Part shown: one piece after another, positions 23,885 to 35,348 of the stretch
How the letters are laid out: each line of letters starts with the position of its first letter
How positions within the stretch are numbered: the stretch's first letter is position 1
Assembly (NCBI GenBank): GCA_009602735.1
Contig: WELA01001729.1
Coordinates: 1-64,000, forward strand
DNA from: Mesotaenium endlicherianum
Lineage: Eukaryota
Length of the DNA: 64,000 bases
Direction of reading: 5' to 3'
Translations under genes and position numbers: made by a program
The notes under the pieces: model-generated
The model's database searches: none
What the model was told of the DNA's origin: nothing
Seen by the model: only the letters and a program-made list of their open reading frames with translations

Positions 23885-25500
23885 ATGGCTCCCACCACAC
23901 AAACGGAAGACTGAAAGCGCAAGGTAGAAGAAGCCAGGTAGACAATGGAGCAATACCAGAAAGAGCTTGCGGCAACGTCCCTCACCAGGAGAGAACAAGA
24001 AAGGGTTCGCAGACAACAAGAGGCGGCAGAAGAAGCACAGAGGAAGAAGGAGCAGGAGGCGGATAATCTCAGGAAAGTTGAGGAGGAGAGACAGAGGAAA
24101 CAACAAGAAGAAGCGGCGGCAGCAGAGGAGGAGAGAAGGAAGAAGGCTGAAGCTGAGAAGCAGAAGAGCCTGGCCACTTATGGATATACTGTGGTGGGTG
24201 GCCAAACCTTTGATAACCTGAAGGAAGCATTACTAGCAGCCCAGGAGATCAACAAGGTGGAATAGAAAACAACGCTACAGAGACAAGGATCTGAACTTAT
24301 GGATAAGTACATTGAGACACACACTGGTATGGTCGTCTACGAAGATTATGCCAAAATGGTGGGGTATACAACAGAGCAGGCACGGTTCCTTGCAGAGGAC
24401 TCGGAAGATAAGCCAATACCAGTGCCTGGCATAGTGGGGAATGAGAGACTCATCAGGATGGTCAGCATGCAGCCCGATAGCTTTAAAGATGCAGTATTTT
24501 ACCTGAACTACTGCCAGCCTATGATGAAGTTGAGAAGAGGAGCTGGGAGTACTTGGCCAGGGAAATAGGGCAGCAGATGTTCTCCCCCCACTGGTTTCCT
24601 TGTAAGTTGAAAAAGGCTGAGCACGGGCCACAGTATTACGAGCAGCCCACAAACTGGAGGTGGATGACCGTCACTAACAGAAAGCAGGAGTGTGACCGGG
24701 CCCACTCAGATGACTTCCACTATGGGCTAGACGGCTACCTCATCCTACCACCTCACATTGCCCCTTGGGACCCCAGGCTGAATGGATGCCTAAGTAATAT
24801 GAATGCTAAGACCAAGGAGCACAGGAGGAGGGAAAGAGACTATTTCTCTAAGGGAAAGCATGCCTTTGTCAAATGGGCGAAGAATGTAGGGAGGATCGAT
24901 ATCAGCAGGCTGAAGGCCAAGCAACCCCCAGCTCGTCCTAAGAAAGGGCGGTCAGTAGATTTTTCCATGTCGACCAGGGAGCAAAATGACTTAGTGGACG
25001 AGACCCCTACCCTTTTAGAGGAGGAAAATGAAGAGGATGAGGAAGAGGGACAGGGCAGAGGAGAAGCATCAGGAGTTGGTACTCAGGAGACCTTAGGGCA
25101 GGCAGAAGCAGGAACTCTTAGGGCGCCAAGATCAGGTGTATGGAATGTGATCCCTACTATAGAGGCAACAGGAATCCGCACTCGTTCTTTTAGCCTACCT
25201 GCCCAAGCAAGGGAAGAAGCTGATCTAACTGTTCATGGCAGCAGAGAAAGGCAAAAATCCCCAGAGGACAGGGGTACCAAAAGAAGTAGCCAGAGGTATG
25301 CTGGCCACCTCCTTCAGTTAAGAACATGTACCTCTTGCCAATCAATTTCAGCATCCTACCGGAATGTCGGTGTATGTGGGCATTAACGCCCAGGTTGTTG
25401 AAGGGTAGGCTACCATCCTTCGTTCTCCTCAAAGCCCAATTTTAGAACAAACAGGGTTCTTTAGAATGCCAGCTGACAGAGCTAGAGTGCTGTCCAGATC
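23885..25500 (+). pseudogene. Family B accessory ORF, divergent version (stops/frameshifts; 3' end approximate)
   Basis: ORFs 23945-24265, 24299-24568, 24553-25386 align in order with 33744-35357 (DKYIE, DYA.VGYT, DSFKD, WRWMT, LPPHIA.WDPRL.G, FSKGKHA..KWA). Confidence 0.85.
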
Positions 25501-25784
25501 TAGGTCCGAATCTCACTCTTCTGATCCTGGAGCCCCAAGAACAACCCCCTAAATATCAGAACCATCCTCCAGTCAAGCCTTGCTGGAGATCTCTCTGTTT
25601 GCACCCCACAACAGAAGTGGACTGAGGGTGGAGGAGACAATTCCCTGTCACTAGTGATCCCCACAGCTATGCAACAGTGTTGAAGCAAGAGGCAGGTGGT
25701 GGGGGATTAGTTCTGTTAGTTCCCTGACCAGATAATTCTACAGCTTAATATTGTCGAGGCGATAAAAATTTAAGTTAGAGGGAT

Positions 25785-26502
25785 TGTAATGAATCAGTAT
25801 ATTGGTAGATATAATATTCATTTGACTATATAGTTAGTTAAGTTCAGCCTGCTGAACCTTAGTCAATATTCCGTCTGCTGGACTTTATATACTTATCAAT
25901 TTAATGACTCAGCCGAGAGCAGCAGGCTGAAGTCAATTTAGATCAGCTTGCTGATGCATTCTTTGAGAGCCAGCTGACTTCCGTACTCGGTAGCAGCGAG
26001 CTGCCTAGATATGCATCTAAGTGTGATATGCTAGATGAATGGCCAGATGACATCCTTGGGATGGATGGCGATTCGGGATGATGGGAGATGGTGGTGGGTT
26101 TGGTTAACCGAGGTCCTACCAACGTGGTTAACTCCCAGGTAGGCGGTGGCATCGCACTTGCCGTTGAACAGTAAACTCATTCCATGTACATATGCTAGGT
26201 ATTGCTCTCGAGTTCGGCATTCGGAAACGAGGCCAACTCTCTTGTACAGCTTACGGAGGGAGATCTGAATGCAAGGTGAGAAGCCATTGATACGCACTGT
26301 CTTCTAGCCTTGCTTATGTATGACTTTACTGATCGCATTATTGATGCTAGTTTACTTGCATTTGACTTGCGAGCATTATCCACTGCTAGTGTGTTGTCTT
26401 TTCCTGTTTAATAAGTTTACAGAAAATACCATAAAGACTACTCGCTGATATAAGGATCTCTGTTAATTTTAAATCGCCTATTTGGTAAGTCAATTCATTT
26501 CA
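25785..26502 (+). repeat. 3' LTR of B1
   Basis: TGTAATGAATC...ATTCATTTCA after PPT AAGTTAGAGGGAT. Confidence 0.92.
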
Positions 26503-27008
26503 ACTTCGCACATGTGAGTATATTGACATAATGCTTATTTAGTGTTGTATTTGTACATGCAATTAATGAAAGAAATAATAAACTGATTCATTACAGTGGC
26601 TAAGAGCAAATGGCTCAAGTCCGGCCGGCATAGATGCTATAGGTTCAAAGGTTTGTAAGTTGGACATTGTAAAATTTATGCAAAAATCTTGGTGGGCAAT
26701 TTTCAATGTATTTGGCGTTGCTTGTTGACTTGCTCAGACGTCATTTTTGTAAACTATAACTTGTTCAAATTGCATGCTACTGAACTTTGGCAAAAGCCTG
26801 TTTGGAAGTAACGCTTCTGTCCTTGTGAGGAAAATTGAGTAGCAATTTTTTTTTTGCAAATTACTAATAATAAGAGCTAAGGTGGAAAGGTGACTTGGTG
26901 TGAGTAACACCAAGTGCTAACCCTCAAATTGGCTTGTGCCATTGCAGGATGACCAACAATGGTCAGTCCCAGGCACTCTGCCACCAATACATGTCACATG
27001 TGCGAAGG

Positions 27009-27754
27009 TGAAATGAATCGACTTACCAAATAGGCGATTAACAATTAATAAAGATCTTTATATCAGCAAGTAATCTTTATGGTATTTTTCGTTAACTGGT
27101 TTAACGGCAAAGGACAACACACTAGCAGTGAATAATACTCGTCAGTCAAATGAGAGTAAACTAGCATCAATAATGCAAATCAGTAAACTCATACATAAGC
27201 AAGGTTAGAAGACAGTGCGTATCAATGGCTTCTCGCCTTGGATTCAGATCTCTCTTAGTAAGCTGTACAAGAGAGTTGGCCTCGTTTCCGAATGCCGAAC
27301 TCGAGAGCAATGCCTAGCATATGTACATGGAATGAGTTTACTGTTCAACGGTCAGTGCGATGGCACCGCCTACCCGGGAGTTAACCACGTTGGTAGGACC
27401 TCGGTTAACCAAATCCACCGCCATCTCCCATCATCCCGAATAGCCATCCATCATGGGGATGTCATCTGGCCATTCATCTAGCAGGTGGTACTTAGATGCA
27501 TATCAAGGCAGTTCGCTGCTACCGAGCACGAAAGTCAGCTGGCTGTCAAAGAATGTGTCAGCAAGCTGACTTAAGTTGACTTCAGCCTGCTGCTTTTGGC
27601 AGAGTCATTAAACTGATAATTATATAAAGTCCAGCAGACTGAACATTAACCAAAGTTCAGCAGACTGACTACTAACTAAAGTTCAGCAGGCTGAACTAAA
27701 TTAACTATTATATTTAAATGAATATCATATCTACTAATATACTGATTCATTACA
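27009..27754 (-). repeat. Family B solo LTR
   Basis: Complete termini, 5-bp TSD GAAGG (27004-27008, 27755-27759). Confidence 0.93.
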
Positions 27755-28269
27755 GAAGGTCGATTGATCACGCTGATTTTCCACGTGCAGGGATGCACCG
27801 ACCAGTCGACTAGGCAAAGAACACACTCGTGAAGGGCCACTGACACATCAACCAGATGAGCGGCACACGTGCCGGAGAGCAACACACGTGCCCTGGTTTT
27901 GACATGGTCAGGCACGACATTGTCTTTCACATTGGATCGATGGTGAATTGCAACATTGTGGGGGAGCGACGAAATGCTATCCACAACGCGACTTCAAACA
28001 ACCAAGCCGGGCGATAAAATCAAACGTCAAGGTGACGTCGGCGACGTTCTTCAACGTCAAACAAAATCAAAAGTGCACAAGAAACACCTACAAGCCATGG
28101 TTGCCACCCACAGAGAACGCCTAAAGAATAAAGGAGAGCACAACTCGCTTGGATCGGCAGCACACCCTCTTTTCTTCTTCCAAAGCACACCCTCTCTTCC
28201 TCTCCCAACCTCTCGCGGCGCTAATTTTTGGGGCTTTTTGAGTAATATATATCAAAATGGTTGGAAAGT

Positions 28270-28989
28270 TGAAATGAATCGACTTACCAAACAGGCTATT
28301 AACAATTAATGAAGATCTTTATATCAGCAAGTAATCTTCATGGTATTTTCTGTTAAGTGATTAAACAGCAAAAGACAACACACTAGCAGGGGACAATACT
28401 CGCAAGTCAAATGGAAGTAAACTAGCATCAATTATGCAATCAGTAAACTCATACATAAGCAAGGCTAGCAGACAGTGTGTAATTATGGCTTTTTGCCTTG
28501 GATTCAGATATCTCTCCGTAAGCTAAAGTAGAGAGTTGGCCTCGTTTCCAAATCCCAAACTCGAGAGCAATACCTAGCATATGTACATGGAATGAGTTTA
28601 CTGTTCAACGGCCAATGCGATGGCACCGCCTACCCGGGAGTTAACCACGTTGCTAGGACCTCGGTTAACCAAATCCACCGCCATATCCTATCATCCCGAA
28701 TCGCCATCCATCCTAAGGATGTCATCTGGCCATTTTTCTAGCACACCACACTTAGATGCATATCTAGGCAGTTCGCTGCTGTCGAGTACGGAGATCAGCT
28801 GGCTGTCAAAGAATGTTTAAGCAAGCTGACCTAAGTTGACTTCGGCCTGCTGCTCCCGGCTGAGTCATTAAACTGATTATTTTATAAGGTCCAGCAAACT
28901 CAATATTGACTAAAGTTTAGCAGGCTAACATTATTTAACTATTATATATAAAATGGATATTATATCTACCAATATACTGATTCATTACA
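28270..28989 (-). repeat. 3' LTR of B2
   Basis: B LTR termini; PPT at 28990-29004. Confidence 0.92.
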
Positions 28990-29160
28990 ATCCCTCCAAC
29001 TTAACAGGTTGTCGCCTTGACAACACTAACACTGAGTACATGGTTTTCTTCAACTCAAAGTATTGACCTCCCTCCCACCACCTCTTGCTCTAACACTGAT
29101 GCCTAACTGTGGGAATCACTAGTAACAGAGTGCTGTCTCTCCGCCCTCAATCTACTGCCC

Positions 29161-30837
29161 TTATGAGGGAGATGTTCCTGGGGCTCTACGGTTAGGGGAG
29201 CGAGATCGGAAGCCAGACCTCCTCTTTCTGTCTTGGATTCTCCTGAAGCTTGGGGGCTCCGAGTAAGGGGAATCAAGGGGAGAACGCAGTAACTGGGCTA
29301 TATCCTTGTGCACAGTTTGAAAATGAAGGGAGGCAGCCTTCTTCTGGGCATCCCTCAAACTGACAGGTACATATATCGGCATCCCAGAAGGAAGTTGCAT
29401 GACATGAGCCAAGGGCACATGTCCTCTCTACGAGGAAGATGCTGACAGGCCTCTGGCTATCTCTCTAGCAGCCCTCCTGTCTGCCCTGTCTGACTGGGTC
29501 TTTGCGCCTGCGGATGGGCTCTGTCCTCTGGCAGTTCTAACCAAGTGATATCTTCCTTTTCAGCAAGCTGGTGCAGGGCTATGTCTGCCCTGGCTAACCC
29601 AGTCTTCTCCATTACAGGGGATGTGGCAGGTGTCTGGGTCACAGCGGGGCTAGTGTCCTCTTCCTCGCCTTCCTCCTCTTCTTCCTCTAACTCCTCTTCT
29701 TCCCTCGGCTCCTCTGAGACTGCTAGTCTCCTCTGTCAGCTGCTCTAGCTCTTCCCGAGAAAAAGAATACCCCACTGACCTTCCCCTTTTGGGTGCTGGT
29801 AGGGGCTGTTGAGACCTGACCGCATACTGGTCTTTCTCTCCCTGCTTGCTTGCCCATTTGGCATAAGCGTGCTTCCCTTTAGAGAATGACTCTTGGGCCC
29901 TGCTCCTGTCCTCCTGCATTTCTTGACTCATGCAGTCTCTTACTCCATCCAATCTTGGGTCCCAAGCTGCAATGTGAGGAGGCAACACTATGTTCCCCTG
30001 TAGGTCTATTAGGAAATCTTCCTCCCCTGCCCTGTCATTTTGCTGGTCCCTCATGTTGATGGTCATCCACCGCCAATCGATGGGTTTCTGGAAGAAGGCA
30101 GGGTCTGTCCTTTTCAGCGTACAAGGGTACCAGTGCCCTGCGAAGTCCAGCTGAGTGGTTTCCCTGGCCAAGAATTCCCAGCTCCTTCTCTCCACCTCAT
30201 TATACATGGCCTTGAACCTGTTATGGGATGTGGAGTCCTTAAAGCTGTCCGCGTCCATGGGGATCATCATGATGACCCTATCTTTCCCCCAGATACCCGG
30301 AATTGATACAGCTCCTTCCTCATTCACTTGCGCCATTGCCTTGGCCTCTCTGACCGTACATCCTACCATCCTGGCATAATCGTGGTAGAGGAGGACGCCT
30401 GTGCTGACCTCTGTATACTTGTCAAAGTTTTTGGATGTCTCCCCTTCCCTCTGCAGGATGTCCTTCTGCGACTCACTGCGACTGCTGTGGGCATACTTGA
30501 AGGCCTCCTCCAGTAGATCAAAGCCCTTGCCCAGCACTGTGTAGCGGTAGCTGGTGATTCTCCTTTGTTCTTCTTTAGCCTGCTGCTTCCGCCTCTCCTC
30601 AGCTTGCCTCTCCTCTGCCTTCTTGGCCTCCACTGCAGCTTATCTGTCCAGTTCTTCCTGCCTCAACCTGGCCTGTTCCTCCTCCTCCTCCTTCTTCTGT
30701 GCCTCCCGCTGTTGTTGGAGTCGTGGTGATTCCCGAGCGGAGATGGAGGATAATTCCTTGTCGCCACGGAATTGCAAGTATTATGCATGTGCCTTTTCCG
30801 CTCTTCTCTTCCTCTTAAGTTCCGACTTCTGAGTCAT
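29161..30837 (-). pseudogene. Family B accessory ORF, B2 copy (two early stops, frameshifts)
   Basis: ORFs 29650-30633, 29457-29642, 29161-29418 homologous to 33744-35357. Confidence 0.88.
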
Positions 30838-31190
30838 CATGCTCAATCATAAACACAATGCAATCTGTGAAGTCATGGTACTTTGCCGCTACTGAGTACC
30901 CTTGGTGGAGAAGAACGTGGTAGGGAGAGTTCCAAGTGTGTAATATCTTGTGTGAGTGAGTGTAATAGGAGAACTGAGTCAGAGAGAAAAAGTGAGTGTT
31001 AGCGCAGATTGAGTGTGCAGAGTGGTTACATAAAAATTTGCTGGCTGATCCCGAGACAGAACACAAACCCTCCAACTTAATTTTAAGGTGGGCTGCCTAT
31101 CACAACTATCACTATCTATCACTAACTGTCACGTTCCCCTCCAACTTCCGTGGAGGTCCTGTCACCAATCCATGGCGGCTGAAATAACAG

Positions 31191-32880
31191 TTAGGGAGGT
31201 GTGCCAGCCGCCCGAAGGTGGAACCGCTTCAACGCTCCTTTGGCATTGGTCTGTTGGTCTTTAAACTCCCAAGTGTTCCCAGAGGCATCGTACCCCTTCC
31301 ATCTAACCAGGTACTTCATGACATATTTAGATGATCGACGAACTGAGCGTGCGTCAAAAATCTCCTCAACCTCATACTCCTCAAAGTCACCATGCCTGAC
31401 AGCGGGTACCGGTCCCGGTTGGACAGGTAACAGACCTGTGAACAGTGTGTCACCTTTGATGTACGGTTCCAGGAAGGAGACATTAAAGACTGGGTGACCC
31501 TTGTGATCTGCTGACATGTTCAGTTTGTAAGCATTCTGACCGACACGGCGCACCATCAAATATGGGCCGACCCAGACCGGACCAAGCCTTTTCTTGACCA
31601 CACCAAGCAGGTACAGGTGTTGAGAATGCAGTTTGACCAAATCGTCCTTAGAAAATGTCAGCTCTCGACGGTGCTGATTAGCGTATTTTTGTTGATTTTC
31701 TTGGGCTTTGTGCAGGTTTTGTTGGACTTTCGGCAGGGTGTCAGCAAACTCTTGGATTAACAGTTTGGAGATCGGATTGTCAATCCCTTCAAGGTGAGTA
31801 AAAGACTCTCCTAGTAAATCTAAAGGAAACTTAGGGCCTCTACCCAAGCTCAGTTCAAAAGGAGTCTTGCCCGTTGATGCGTGCACCGCACTGTTGACCG
31901 CGAACTGGATTTGAGGCAACAGGTCATCCCAGTTGTCTTGTTTTTGGTTAACATATGCTCTCAGCACCTCTTGCAGAACTCGGTTACTTCTTTTAGTCTG
32001 CCCATCAGTCTGAGGCTGGTTTGCTGTGCTGAGCAGCTGTTTGACTCCCTTTAACCCCATTAAAGCTCTCCACAACTTAGAGGTAAATTTTGTGTCTCTG
32101 TGTGAGATGATATTAGAGGGTAGCCCATGTTGGCATACTACATGGTTGTAGAACTGTCTCGCTGTTCCGAGTGCAGTTACTTTGACAGTTGTGGGGATGA
32201 AAATGCCCATTTTTGTCAGTTTATCCACTACTACCCGTATCTAATCATGCCCATTGGCAGTTCATGGTAGTATTACTACCTAGTCCATGAAACTTGTTTT
32301 CCGGCGTCCAGCTAAGATGGGCAGTGGTTGTAAAAGACCCCCCGGTGGTGTGTGCCTAGACTTATTTCTCTAACACTGATCACAAGACTTCACATATTTC
32401 AAGACCTCCCGAGGCAACCCATCCCAATGATAATGTTTTGCAAGTTTGCCAACAATTTTGGCCTGCCCCAAATGTCCACCCAGTAAACTGTCATGCGCTT
32501 GACTCAGTAAGAGGGACCTCATTTCCAAGTTATTAGAAATGACCAACTTCAGTCTACCTGAAGTGGTTTTAGTCACCGAGACCCCTCCCTTAAGCCTATA
32601 CCCGAGTGCAGTAGCAGGACACACACCATCAGTGAGGCTGGGCTCAAATGTTGGGTCCGAAAGGTCGGCTTTCCTAAGTTGTTCAAGGAAGGACCTTTTC
32701 ACCTTTAGTGAAGTGAGTGCACGAAGGACTTTATCTACAGCATGCTGACTAAAGTTCCTTTCTTGCAAGTCAGGTCTTCTAGAGAGTGCATCAACAGGAT
32801 TCAACTTCCCTGGTTTGTAGTCGATCTGGACATGGAACTGCTCCAGCATCTAGCTCCAGCGGTTCTTCCTCCTCGACAGC
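31191..32880 (-). pseudogene. pol: B2 integrase plus chromodomain
   Basis: ORFs 32370-32849 (HDSLLGGH...CDQC), 31191-32228 (PQTDGQT, GPY, YEVEEI...YLVRWKGY...TWE). Confidence 0.9.
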
Positions 32881-33601
32881 TGAAATGAATCGACTTACCA
32901 AATAGGCGATTAACAATCAATAAAGATCTTTATATTAGCAAGTAATCTTTATGGTGTTTTCCGTTAACTGGTTAAACGGCAAGGACAACACACTAGCAGT
33001 GAATAATACTCGTAAGTCAAATGCGAGTAAACTAGCATCAATAATGCAAATCACTAAACTCATACATAAGCAAGGTTAGAAGACAGTGCGTATCAATGGC
33101 TTCTCGCCTTGGATTTAGATCGCTCTCAGTAAGCTGTACCAGAGAGTTGGCCTCGTTTTTAAATGCCGAACTCGAGAGCAATGCCTAGCATATGTACATG
33201 GAATGAGTTTACTGTTCAGCGGTCAGTGCGATGGCACCGCCTACCCGGGAGTTAACCACGTTGGTAGGACCTCGGTCAACCAAATCCACTGCCATCTCCC
33301 ATCATCCCGAATCGCCATCCATCATAGGGATGTCATTTGGCCATTCATCTAGCATACCACTCTTAGATGCATATCGAGGCAGTTCGCTGCTACCGAGTAC
33401 GGAAGTCAGCTGGCTGTCAAAGAATGTGTCAGCAAGCTGACTTAAGGTGACCTCAGCCTGCTACTTCCGGCCTGAGTCATTAAACTGATATTAAATATGA
33501 AGTCCAGCAGACTGATCATTAACTAGAGTTCAGCAGGCTGAACTTATTTAACTATATTCTTTATAAGAATATTATGTCAACCAGTATACTGATTCATTAC
33601 A
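32881..33601 (-). repeat. 3' LTR of B3
   Basis: Direct repeat of 40947-41667. Confidence 0.95.
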
Positions 33602-33743
33602 ATCCCTCCAACTTATCATGTTGTCGCCTCGGCAACACTAACACTAATAACAGCGTGCTATCCCTTCCAACCCTATCCTACTGCCATACGGAGGGAGATG
33701 TTCCTGAGGCTCTATACTCAGGGGAGCCAGACCTCCTCCTGTC

Positions 33744-35348
33744 TTAGGGTCTTCTGAAGCCTGTCAGAAAGGGAGGTTCCGTGTAAGGACCTCGCGAAGA
33801 ACGCAGTAACTGGGCTGTTTCCTCCTGCACAGTCTGGAGGGAGGCCGCCTTCTCCTGGGCAGCCCTCAAACTGACAGGTACGTATATCGGCATCCCAGAA
33901 GGATGTTGCATGACATGAGCCAAGGGTACATGCCTTCTCTGCGAGGGAGATGCTGGTAGGCCTCTGGCTATTTTTCGAGCAGCCCTCGTGTCTGCCCTGT
34001 CTGACTGGGTCTCCTTGCCTGGAGAGGGGCTGTGTCCTCTGGCAGTTCCCAGCCAAGTGATATCCTCCTCTTGAGCGAGTTGCTGCGGGGCCAACCCCGT
34101 CTTCTCCCTTATAGGGGATGTGGCAGGTGTCAGGATCACGGCGGGGCTATTGTGTTCCTCCTCGCCTTCCTCCTCGTCTTCCTCCAACTCCTCCTCCTCG
34201 CCGTCCCCGGGTTCCTTTGAGACTTCTGGGGTCTCCTCTGTCAGCTGCTCCACCTCTTCCCGAGAAAAAAAATATCCTACTGACCTTCCCCTATTGGGTG
34301 CTGGTGGGGGTTGCTGAGTCCGGACCACATAGAGGTCCTTTTCCCCCTGCTTACTTGCCCATTTGGCATAAGCGTGCTTCCCTTTGGAGAATGACTCTCG
34401 GGCCCTGCTTCTGTCCCCCTGCATTTCTTGGCTCATGCAGTCTCTGACTCCATCTAATCTTGGGTCCCAAGCCGCAATGTGTGGGGGCAATACTATGTTC
34501 CCCTTTAAGTCTGTCAGGAAATTCTCATCCGTCGCCCTGTCATTCTGCTTGTCCCTCATGTTGATGGTCATCCACCGCCAATCAGTGGGCTTTTGGAAGA
34601 AGGCAGCGTCTGTCTTTTTAAAAGTACAAGGGTACCAGTGCCCTGCAAAGTCCAGCTGACTGGTTTCCCTGGCCAAGAATTTCCAGCTCCTCCTCTTCAC
34701 CTCATTGTTCATGGCCTTGAACCTGTTGTGGGGTGTTGAGTCCTTGAAGCTGTCCGCGTCCATGGGGATCATCCTGATGACCCTATCTTCCCCCCAGATA
34801 CCAGGAATCGAGACAGTCCCTGCTTCGTTCACTTGGGTCATTGCCTTGGCCTCTCCGATTGTATATCCTACCGTCCTGGCGTAATCGTGGTAGAGGAGGA
34901 GCCCTGTGCCGACCTCTATATACTTGTCAAAGTTTTTGGATGTCTCCCCTTCCTTCTGGAGGATTTCCTTCTGCGACTCACTGCGACTTCTCTGGGCATA
35001 CTTGAAGGCCTCCTCCAGTAGATCAAAGCCCTTGCCCAGCATCGTGTAGCGGTAGCTGCTGATTCTCCTCTGTTCTTCTTCTTCAGCCTGCTGCTTTCGG
35101 TTCTCCTGAGCTTGCCTCTCCTCCTCTGCTTTCTTGGCCTCCTCTGCAGCTTTTCTGTCCATTTCTTCCTGCCTCAGTATGGCCAGTTCCTCCTCCTCCT
35201 TCTTCTCCTGTGCCTCCCGCTGTTGTTGGAGTCGTTGTGATTCCCGAGCGGAGATGGAAGATGATTCGATGTCTCCACGAAATTGCAAGTATTTTGCATG
35301 TGCCTCTTCCGCCCTCCTCTTCCATTTGAGTTCCGACTTTTGAGTCAT
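33744..35348 (-). CDS. Family B accessory protein of unknown function (~534 aa from first ATG; true C-terminus uncertain)
   Basis: Open 537-codon frame between pol stop and PPT, same strand as pol; E/K/Q/R coiled coil, globular aromatic-rich core, acidic tract; homologues in three other copies. Confidence 0.85.
   Translation of the reverse strand: MTQKSELKWKRRAEEAHAKYLQFRGDIESSSISARESQRLQQQREAQEKKEEEELAILRQEEMDRKAAEEAKKAEEERQAQENRKQQAEEEEQRRISSYRYTMLGKGFDLLEEAFKYAQRSRSESQKEILQKEGETSKNFDKYIEVGTGLLLYHDYARTVGYTIGEAKAMTQVNEAGTVSIPGIWGEDRVIRMIPMDADSFKDSTPHNRFKAMNNEVKRRSWKFLARETSQLDFAGHWYPCTFKKTDAAFFQKPTDWRWMTINMRDKQNDRATDENFLTDLKGNIVLPPHIAAWDPRLDGVRDCMSQEMQGDRSRARESFSKGKHAYAKWASKQGEKDLYVVRTQQPPPAPNRGRSVGYFFSREEVEQLTEETPEVSKEPGDGEEEELEEDEEEGEEEHNSPAVILTPATSPIREKTGLAPQQLAQEEDITWLGTARGHSPSPGKETQSDRADTRAARKIARGLPASPSQRRHVPLAHVMQHPSGMPIYVPVSLRAAQEKAASLQTVQEETAQLLRSSRGPYTEPPFLTGFRRP

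Larger units (their letters stand above)
12477..26502 (+). mobile_element. Family B chromovirus copy B1 (5'-truncated, degenerate; hosts a B LTR and A2)
   Basis: gag C-terminus, PR, RT, RH, IN 12477-15386, 16088-16385, chromodomain to 23476, accessory ORF, PPT, 3' LTR. Confidence 0.88.

Noticed and set aside
27230..27310. Hammerhead ribozyme (retrozyme-like) in the B LTR
   Set aside because: GAAAC is present but the partner reads CTGAGAG, not CTGANGA, and the stems do not assemble
33744..35348. Calling the accessory ORF env
   Set aside because: Position fits, but no signal peptide, transmembrane helix or fusion-peptide-like stretch is visible
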